A DNA stretch of 51,011 nt, taken from Acidimicrobiales bacterium (GTDB taxonomy: Bacteria > Actinomycetota > Acidimicrobiia > Acidimicrobiales > SZUA-35). The translations under genes and the position numbers were made by a program. Positions 44,649 through 51,011 of the stretch are shown in pieces. The stretch is taken from contig JAHELU010000004.1 of NCBI GenBank assembly GCA_024644005.1, positions 1 through 51,011 on the forward strand. The letters run 5' to 3'. Each line of letters begins with the position of its first letter. Within the stretch, counting starts at the first letter, position 1. Under the pieces are notes generated by a model. That model was not told where the DNA came from, ran no database searches, and was given only the letters and a program-made list of their open reading frames with translations.

Positions 44649-45896
44649 ATGAAGCTCTTGCTGTTCTGCCCCCACTTCCGTCCGGACCTCCATGCCGCAA
44701 CGGGCGAGGTCATGACCCAGCTGGTCGAGGGCCTGGCCGAGCGGGGCCACGAGATCAGCGTCGTCACGTCCCTGCCGTGGTACCGCGGCCACCGGGTCGA
44801 CCCGGACTGGCGGGGCAGGCCGTGGCGGCGGGAGCGCACGGCCTGGGGTCAGGTGGTCCGGGTGTGGCCGTTCCCGACCGACAAGACCAACATCCCGGCC
44901 AGGGCCCTCGGGTTCGGCGGCATGACCTCGCTGGCGGCCGGGCTCGGGCTGACCCTCGGTCATCACGATGTCGTCATGGCGATGTCGCCCCCGATCTTCC
45001 TCGGAGACGCAGCATGGCTGGTGGCTCGGCGGTTCCGGGTGCCCTTGGTGTTCAACCTGCAGGACATCTTCCCCGACGTCGCCCTCGAACTCGGCGCACT
45101 GAGCGGTGAGCGGGTCCTGCGACTGGCCCGGCACCACGAAGCCTCGATCTATCGCAGGGCGGACGCCATCACGGTGCTGTCCGAGGACCAGGCCCGCAAC
45201 ATCCGGGGGAAGCTGACGGCCGCAGCCCATGACCCGGACAAGGTCGTGGTGATCCACAATGTCGTCGACCTCGAGCGGATCCGGCCGACGGAGCGGGAGA
45301 ACCGCTACCGCCGCCAGCACGGCTTGAGCGGCAAGCAGGTGGTCATGTACTCGGGCAACGTCGGGCTGTCCCAGTCGTTCGAGCTGGTCAGGTCGGCCGC
45401 CGACCGCTGGGCCGACCGACCGGACGTCGTGTTCGTCATCAACGGGGAAGGGGCGGCCAGACCGATCGTCGATCGCTGGGCGCGATCGTTGGACAACGTC
45501 CGGGTCGTCGACTTCGGTCAGCGGTCGGAGATCAGCACCATCCTCGGCGCCGCCGACATCCACCTGGTGCTCTTGAAGAGCGGTCTGGCCAGGAGCAGCA
45601 CGCCGTCGAAGTTCTACAGCATCCTGGCCGCCGGTCGGCCGGTCCTGGCCAGCATCGACGAGGGGAGCGAGGTGTCGTCGGTCGTCAAGGAGGCCGACGT
45701 CGGTCTCGCCGTCCCACCCGACGACGAGTGGGCATTCTGCCGGGCGCTCGATCAGATGCTCGGAGATCCCGCCGAGCTGGTGGCCATGGGAGCGCGGGCC
45801 AGAGCGTTCGCCGCCACGTGGCTGACCCCCCAGGCCCAGGCCATGGCCTACGAAGCGCTGTTCGAGCACGTGGTGGCTGCGGCCGGTCGTCGATGA
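44649..45896 (+). CDS. Glycosyltransferase family 4 (WcaI/WbuB-like)
   Basis: VTSLPWY, MSPP, NLQDIFPD, MYSGNVGLSQ, PSKFYSILAAGRPV. Confidence 0.88.
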   Translation: MKLLLFCPHFRPDLHAATGEVMTQLVEGLAERGHEISVVTSLPWYRGHRVDPDWRGRPWRRERTAWGQVVRVWPFPTDKTNIPARALGFGGMTSLAAGLGLTLGHHDVVMAMSPPIFLGDAAWLVARRFRVPLVFNLQDIFPDVALELGALSGERVLRLARHHEASIYRRADAITVLSEDQARNIRGKLTAAAHDPDKVVVIHNVVDLERIRPTERENRYRRQHGLSGKQVVMYSGNVGLSQSFELVRSAADRWADRPDVVFVINGEGAARPIVDRWARSLDNVRVVDFGQRSEISTILGAADIHLVLLKSGLARSSTPSKFYSILAAGRPVLASIDEGSEVSSVVKEADVGLAVPPDDEWAFCRALDQMLGDPAELVAMGARARAFAATWLTPQAQAMAYEALFEHVVAAAGRR

Positions 45897-45965
45897 GCGC
45901 GGCGAGAGACCTCGCCCCACTCGGCCCCGTGTTCCGGTCCGGCCGGCGAGGGCAACTCGCCCAGT

Positions 45966-46022
45966 GGATTTCCGATCGTTTGGTGTTGTAATTGTGAGAC
46001 TTCGCAAAGGCGCAAAGGAACA
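45966..46022 (+). promoter_or_regulatory. AT-rich putative promoter/RBS region with an 8-bp tandem repeat CGCAAAGG x2
   Basis: Local GC drop (GTTGTAATTGT); repeat at 46003-46018 ends in the AAGGA RBS just before ATG 46023. Confidence 0.4.
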
Positions 46023-46469
46023 ATGGATCGACAGGTCGCAGTAATCGTCAGTGGATACTTCAGCCCCCTCCACGTCGGACATCTCGACATGATCGAGGCC
46101 GGTGCACGAGCCGGCGACAAGCTGATCGTCATCGTCAACAACAACGATCAACAGCTGCTGAAGAAGGGCAAGATCATCATCGACGAGCAGGACCGCCTCA
46201 GGCTGATCCTCGCCCTGCGGGCAGTCGACGAGGCGCTCATCGCGGTCGATCGGGACGGCACGGTCTGCGAGTCGCTGCGGCTCGTCGCCGAGAAGCACCC
46301 CGAGCACGACCTGATCTTCGCGAACGGCGGCGATCGCGAATCCGATGCGGTGGTCCCGGAGGCGGCGACCTGCGAGCAGTACGGCATCCGCATGGTGTAC
46401 GACATGGGTGGTAACGACAAGGCCGATTCGAGCACCAGGATCAACGTCGAGCTCGGGCTCGAGACCTGA
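46023..46469 (+). CDS. Cytidylyltransferase-like nucleotidyltransferase (HxGH family; TagD/RfaE-domain-II-like)
   Basis: SGYFSPLHVGH, LIVIVNND, FANGGDR, SSTRI. Confidence 0.85.
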   Translation: MDRQVAVIVSGYFSPLHVGHLDMIEAGARAGDKLIVIVNNNDQQLLKKGKIIIDEQDRLRLILALRAVDEALIAVDRDGTVCESLRLVAEKHPEHDLIFANGGDRESDAVVPEAATCEQYGIRMVYDMGGNDKADSSTRINVELGLET

Positions 46470-46498
46470 CGCTGATCCGGGTTGCTCGTCGTGCTCGG

Positions 46499-48979
46499 CT
46501 AGAGGCTGTAGGCCCTGACCCAGTCGACGACGGCCGTGCCCTCCTCGGCGGAGCGCTCGATGTCGACTGCGCCCTCGATCCGCCAGGCGTCGATGTCGTC
46601 CGGGTCGTGGATGATCTGGACCGCCCGGCCGGTGTCCGGGTCGTAGCTGAACCGTGAGGCGCTCCTGGCGGCGGCGTCGATCATGATCTGGTCGAACTCG
46701 TCCCAGTACCCTTCGAGCTCGGCCCGGTGCTCGCCCGGCGGCAGCCGGTCGTGGCGCCCGGTGGCCAGGCAGGTGACCCACCGGAACAGCTCGTTGCGGA
46801 CCATCACGCGGAACGCCCTGGGGTTGGCGGTGACATCGTGCTGGTCAGGGCGGTCGAGGAGCTCCAGGGGTTCCCGTCGGTCGTCGTCGCTCGGGCTGGT
46901 CAACCGCTCCCACTCGTCGATGAGGCTCGAGTCGACCTGGCGGACGACCGCACCGAGCCATTCCGTCAGATCGAGCAGCTCGTCGGTCTTGGCGTCTTCG
47001 GGGATGTTCTGGATCAGGGCCTTGTAGGCGTCGGAGAGGTAGCGGAGCACCACCCCTTCGGACCGCTTCAGCCCGTAGTGGCTGACGTACTCCTTGAACG
47101 TCATCGCCTGCTCGTACATGTCGCGGACGATCGACTTCGGGCGCACGTTGTCGGATCCCACCCACGGGTGCTGCGCTCGGAACCGGTCGAAGCTCTCGTA
47201 CAGACGCTCCTTCTCCGGCTTGGGGGCCTCCACCTCGGCCAGCCGCTCCATCCGCTCCTCGTACTCCACGCCCCGGGCCTTGAGATCGGCCACCAGCTCC
47301 GACTTGGCGTGGTTGATCTGGGCGGCGATGATCACCCCCGGCGACTCGAGCACCGACTCGATCGTGGTGAGGGCGGACAGGCCGTAGCCGTCGGCCTCGA
47401 TGTCGAGCTCGTCGATGGCTTCGATGGCCCACAGGGACAGCGGCTGGTGCAGGGCGAACTCGTCCTGGAGATCGAAGTTGACCCGGATCATGCGGCCCTC
47501 GGCGTCGGGCTCGTCCAGTAGCTCGAGGAGATCGGCGTCGAGCAGCGAGCGGTAGATGGCGATCGTCCGCTTGATGTGCCGGCGGGCCCGACGGCGGGTC
47601 TCGTGGTTGTCGGTCAGCAGGCCCTTCAGCGCCCCGCAGCCGTCGCCCGGCCGGTCGAGCATCGTGAGGACCATCTGGTGGTTGACCCGGAACGACGAGG
47701 TCAGCGGCTCCGGTTCCCCGGACAGCAGCTTGGTGAACGTGTCCTGTGTCCAGTGGGCGTAGCCGCGGTCCGGCGCCTTCTTGCGGACCGGTCGCTTCCG
47801 CTTCCTGGGGTCGGCGGCCGCCTTCTCGTCCGCCCGCAGGTTCTCGACCACGTGGGCCGGGGCCTGGACCCAGACGTGGCCGATGTCGTCGAACCCCTTC
47901 CTGCCGGCCCGCCCTGCGATCTGGCGGAACTCCCGGTTGGTCAGGATCCTGGTATCGGTGCCGTCGTACTTGCAGAGCTGGGTGAACAGCACAGACCGGA
48001 TCGGCACGTTGACCCCGACGCCGAGGGTGTCGGTGCCGCAGATGATCTTCAGCAGCCCCTCCTGGGCCAGCTTCTCCACCAGCAACCGGTACTTCGGCAA
48101 CAGCCCGGCGTGGTGGACCCCGACCCCACCGAGCACGTAGCGCCGCAGGTCCTTGCCGACCGGCGAGTCGAACCGGAACCCACCGATCGCCTCCTTGACC
48201 TGGTCCTTCTCGCTCTTGGACAGCGGGTCCAGCGAGAGGTACCCCTGGGCCGCCTCCGTCGCCTCCCGCTGGGTGAAGTGGACGAGGTAGATGGGGGAGC
48301 GGTCCATCGTCAGGAGATCCGACACCGACTGGTGGAGCGTGGTCGACCGGTACTCGAACTCGAGGGGCACCGGCCGGTCCTGCGATGCCACGAGCACCGT
48401 CGGCCGCCCGGTGCGGCGGGTCAGGTCCCGCTCGAAGAACGCCGTGTTGCCGAGGGTGGCCGACATGAGCAGGAACTGGGTCTCGGACAGCTCCAGCAGC
48501 GGCACCTGCCAGGCCCAGCCCCGTTGCGGGTCTGCGTAGTAGTGGAACTCGTCGACGACGACCACGTCCGCCTCGGTGTCCGCCCCGTCCCGCAGCGCCC
48601 AGTTGGCCAGGATCTCGGCCGTGCAGCACACGATCGGGGCATCCGGGTTGATCCTGGCGTCGCCGGTCACCATGCCAACCAGATCGGGGCCGAAGTCCCG
48701 CCGCAGGGCGAAGAACTTCTCGGAGACGAGGGCCTTGATCGGTGCGGTGTACACGCTGCGCCGGCCGCCGGCCAGCGCCACGAAGTGGGCGGCCGCCCCC
48801 ACCAGCGACTTGCCGGACCCGGTCGGGGTGTTGAGGATGACGTGGTTGCCGTCCAGCAGCTCGAGGATGGCCTCCTCCTGGGCCGGGTAGAGCTCGATGC
48901 CCTGGGCCGCCACGAAGTCGACGAACCCGTCGAGCAGGGCGTCGGGTTCGGGGACCGTCGGGAGGTGGCTCGTCAGCAT
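46499..48979 (-). CDS. Ski2-like DEAD/DEAH-box helicase with DUF3516 C-terminus
   Basis: PTGSGKS, APIKALVSEKF, DEFH, MSAT, HHAGLLP, GTDTLGVGVN, QIAGRAGR, VDSSLIDEWE. Confidence 0.92.
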   Translation of the reverse strand: MLTSHLPTVPEPDALLDGFVDFVAAQGIELYPAQEEAILELLDGNHVILNTPTGSGKSLVGAAAHFVALAGGRRSVYTAPIKALVSEKFFALRRDFGPDLVGMVTGDARINPDAPIVCCTAEILANWALRDGADTEADVVVVDEFHYYADPQRGWAWQVPLLELSETQFLLMSATLGNTAFFERDLTRRTGRPTVLVASQDRPVPLEFEYRSTTLHQSVSDLLTMDRSPIYLVHFTQREATEAAQGYLSLDPLSKSEKDQVKEAIGGFRFDSPVGKDLRRYVLGGVGVHHAGLLPKYRLLVEKLAQEGLLKIICGTDTLGVGVNVPIRSVLFTQLCKYDGTDTRILTNREFRQIAGRAGRKGFDDIGHVWVQAPAHVVENLRADEKAAADPRKRKRPVRKKAPDRGYAHWTQDTFTKLLSGEPEPLTSSFRVNHQMVLTMLDRPGDGCGALKGLLTDNHETRRRARRHIKRTIAIYRSLLDADLLELLDEPDAEGRMIRVNFDLQDEFALHQPLSLWAIEAIDELDIEADGYGLSALTTIESVLESPGVIIAAQINHAKSELVADLKARGVEYEERMERLAEVEAPKPEKERLYESFDRFRAQHPWVGSDNVRPKSIVRDMYEQAMTFKEYVSHYGLKRSEGVVLRYLSDAYKALIQNIPEDAKTDELLDLTEWLGAVVRQVDSSLIDEWERLTSPSDDDRREPLELLDRPDQHDVTANPRAFRVMVRNELFRWVTCLATGRHDRLPPGEHRAELEGYWDEFDQIMIDAAARSASRFSYDPDTGRAVQIIHDPDDIDAWRIEGAVDIERSAEEGTAVVDWVRAYSL

Positions 48980-49059
48980 GAGGCGATCCGGGTCAGGGTA
49001 CCGGCCCGATCATCCCGGCGCCGCCACCGGCGCGACCGCCACCGCTGGCTGGCGAGCGG

Positions 49060-49773
49060 TCAGCGGAACAGGTCCTCGCTGGGGTCCCTGACGATCGCCT
49101 CGGCGACGGAGCCCTCACCGAGCCATGCCGGGTCGACGCCTCGGATCATGGCGACGGCGATGCCCGTCGACTTGCCCCGGACGAGCTCTGCTGCTCCTGC
49201 CAGCTCGTCGACGATGCAGACCTCGGTGACCTGCAGCTCCCGTCCGATGGCGTCGTCGGTTCCCCGGAGGTCGAGGATGGGCTTGATTCCGGCGCAGCCG
49301 ATGGCCACGTCGGTCAGGCCCCGCCGCCACGGCCGCCCGAACGTGTCGGCCACGATCACGGCCACGTCGACCCCCAGCCGACCCCTGATGGCGTCCCGAA
49401 GCCGCCTGGCCGAGCGGTCGGCGTCCTCGGGCAGCAGGGCGGCGATGTTCGGCTCGACGTTCGAGCGGTCGACGCCGGCGCTGGCGCAGACGAACCCGTG
49501 CCTGGTCTCGCTGATGATCAGGTCACCCCGGCGTCGCAGGATGCGGACCGATTCGCTCACCACCAGGGGCTTGTGGGCCTGGGGGTCTTCCGGGTCGATC
49601 TCCACCAGTCGGCCCTCGGCCTTCGACACCACCTTCTGGCTCACCACCAGGACGTCGCCGTCGGCCAGCCCGGTCGAATCGGAGCAGGCTTCGATGATCG
49701 AGCCGGCCAGGTCGTCCCCCGGACGGATCTCGGGCAGGCCCGGGACCGGCATGATCTGGAGCGCTCGCAGCAT
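49060..49773 (-). CDS. cofE: Coenzyme F420-0:L-glutamate ligase
   Basis: GLPEIRPGDDL, VSQKVVSKAEG, ASAGVDRSN, DTFGRPWRRG, DELAGAAELV.GK, DLFR. Confidence 0.92.
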   Translation of the reverse strand: MLRALQIMPVPGLPEIRPGDDLAGSIIEACSDSTGLADGDVLVVSQKVVSKAEGRLVEIDPEDPQAHKPLVVSESVRILRRRGDLIISETRHGFVCASAGVDRSNVEPNIAALLPEDADRSARRLRDAIRGRLGVDVAVIVADTFGRPWRRGLTDVAIGCAGIKPILDLRGTDDAIGRELQVTEVCIVDELAGAAELVRGKSTGIAVAMIRGVDPAWLGEGSVAEAIVRDPSEDLFR

Positions 49774-49895
49774 CGCAGCATTGGAGCATGGAGCTCGGCC
49801 CGCTGTCGAGCGGCCGAGGCGGTGCCGAGCGCCGGGGACATGTCAAACGGGCGGCGTGATCCCGAACCGCAGGCCGATCTCCCTACACTGTCGCC

Positions 49896-50693
49896 GTGGC
49901 CAAGAACTCAGTCAGGGAAGCCGGCGGTGCCAAGCGCTCTCAGGTGCAGCGGATCTCGACGGTCGACAACCCCGACTCCGGTCGGCCGGGGCTGTTCGTC
50001 GCCGCCCTCGGAGCGATCCTCGTCGCCGGTATCGCCGCCGTCGTGTTCTTCGCCGCCAACCGCGAGTCGAACATCGGGGTGGCGCCGGAGGCGAACGCCG
50101 ACCACTGGCACTCCGCCTACCTCATCAACGACTGCGGGGTGGACCTCCCCCCGACGGGTCAGTTCGAGAACCCGGCCGGGCTCCACACCCACGGCGACGG
50201 GCTGCTCCACATCCACCCGTTCAACCCGGCAGCGAGCGGGTACAACGCAACCCTGGGCCAGTACTTCTCGGCCTACGACGCCGAGCTGACAGACGAGTCG
50301 TTCACCACCGGCTTCACCGACGTGGCTCCGATGACCCTCTCGGAGTCCGCCGGGTGCGGGGGCGAGGACGCCGTCCTCCAGCTCGCCGTCTGGGACAACG
50401 CGTTCGACGAGACGGCCGAGCCCCGGATCATCACCGAGAACCTGGCCGACTTCCGGTTCGAGTCACCCGGGATGGCCATAACGCTGGCCCTCCTGCCGGA
50501 GGGGGCCGAGATACCGAGGCCACCGGCCGACCGCATCACCGCCCTGGCCGAGACCGGGCCGGGTGGTTCGATCGCCGGCGTCGAAGAGGGCGAGAGCCCA
50601 TTCGTCACCACCACCACCGAGCCCCCGGCCGACGGCGACGGGGCAACCACGGAGGCCACCGTCGAAGGCGGCGCCGACGACGTAGACGGCTGA
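49896..50693 (+). CDS. Hypothetical membrane-anchored protein with His-rich putative metal site
   Basis: Single TM, then DHWH...C...GLHTHGDGLLHIHPF; acidic Thr-rich tail. Confidence 0.7.
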   Translation: MAKNSVREAGGAKRSQVQRISTVDNPDSGRPGLFVAALGAILVAGIAAVVFFAANRESNIGVAPEANADHWHSAYLINDCGVDLPPTGQFENPAGLHTHGDGLLHIHPFNPAASGYNATLGQYFSAYDAELTDESFTTGFTDVAPMTLSESAGCGGEDAVLQLAVWDNAFDETAEPRIITENLADFRFESPGMAITLALLPEGAEIPRPPADRITALAETGPGGSIAGVEEGESPFVTTTTEPPADGDGATTEATVEGGADDVDG

Positions 50694-50724
50694 GGCCCTA
50701 GCGCCCGCCCGCCGAGCAGGGGTC

Positions 50725-51011
50725 TCAGGGCAACCGGATCGGCAGCTCGACGAGCGTCGCGGCGAGGGCTCGTGTCACCGAGCGGTCGGCCATGATCGTG
50801 TCGGTGGCGAGGGCGCCCATGTCGAGCTGCTCGATGGCCGGGCACGACTCGCGGTCGGCCTCGTCGACGACGAGGGTCCCCACCAGATCCTCGTACCACT
50901 GGGCGACCCCGAGGACGGATGCCTCCCGGCCCAGCTCCACCAGCAGGCGGTCGGCCGGCCCCTTGAGGGCCGCACCGGCCACGATGGGTGAGACGGCGAT
51001 CACCGACCGTC
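50725..51011 (-). CDS. cofD: 2-phospho-L-lactate transferase, C-terminal part (runs off the right edge)
   Basis: VIAVSPIVAGAALKGPADRLL...GVAQWY...LVVDEAD...TDTIM; cofE lies downstream. Confidence 0.88.
   Translation of the reverse strand, partial: RSVIAVSPIVAGAALKGPADRLLVELGREASVLGVAQWYEDLVGTLVVDEADRESCPAIEQLDMGALATDTIMADRSVTRALAATLVELPIRLP

Noticed and set aside
43560-46781. 1073-aa minus-strand ORF
   Set aside because: Antisense shadow of the GT4 and nucleotidyltransferase genes; no recognisable motifs; typical of high-GC DNA.
47576-50701. 1041-aa plus-strand ORF
   Set aside because: Antisense or off-frame to the helicase, cofE and His-rich genes; low-complexity Arg/Gly/Pro translation.
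1-51011. CRISPR arrays, tRNA/rRNA genes, transposases, integrases or prophage genes
   Set aside because: No regularly spaced repeats, RNA gene signatures or mobile-element motifs seen; intergenic gaps are short.
1-51011. Frequent CGATCG and GTCGAC palindromes (HIP1-like?)
   Set aside because: Plausibly explained by codon usage (ATC/GTC/GAC with GC-rich third positions); enrichment cannot be shown without a Markov-model count.

Overview
High-GC (roughly 70% by eye) actinobacterial chromosomal segment, most consistent with Acidimicrobiia (F420 genes cofD/cofE, DUF4032, DUF3516 helicase, LCP-LytR_C, low-complexity lipoproteins). About 48 coding regions are supportable. I saw no rRNA, tRNA, CRISPR array or mobile element. 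The standout is a minus-strand locus at 263-6391 built from two 'TasA-like / SipW / TasA-like' triplets. In the upstream triplet the SipW-type (S26B) signal peptidase is fused in one 974-aa frame to a multi-pass membrane region, a GAF-like region and motif-complete GGDEF and EAL domains. This is a candidate system coupling fibre-subunit processing to c-di-GMP signalling; a CapA-family gene lies divergent to it. Also present: an NpRdhA-type catabolic reductive dehalogenase opposite a winged-helix regulator; an ACP-less ketosynthase / adenylate-forming enzyme / 2OG-Fe(II) oxygenase operon next to an MFS transporter; a choline-kinase-like gene; an LCP / ugd / UDP-glucuronate decarboxylase / 3x GT4 glycopolymer locus; a doubly frameshifted TolB-like gene; and a truncated SRPBCC remnant. 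All family calls come from motif recognition by eye; no database search was run.
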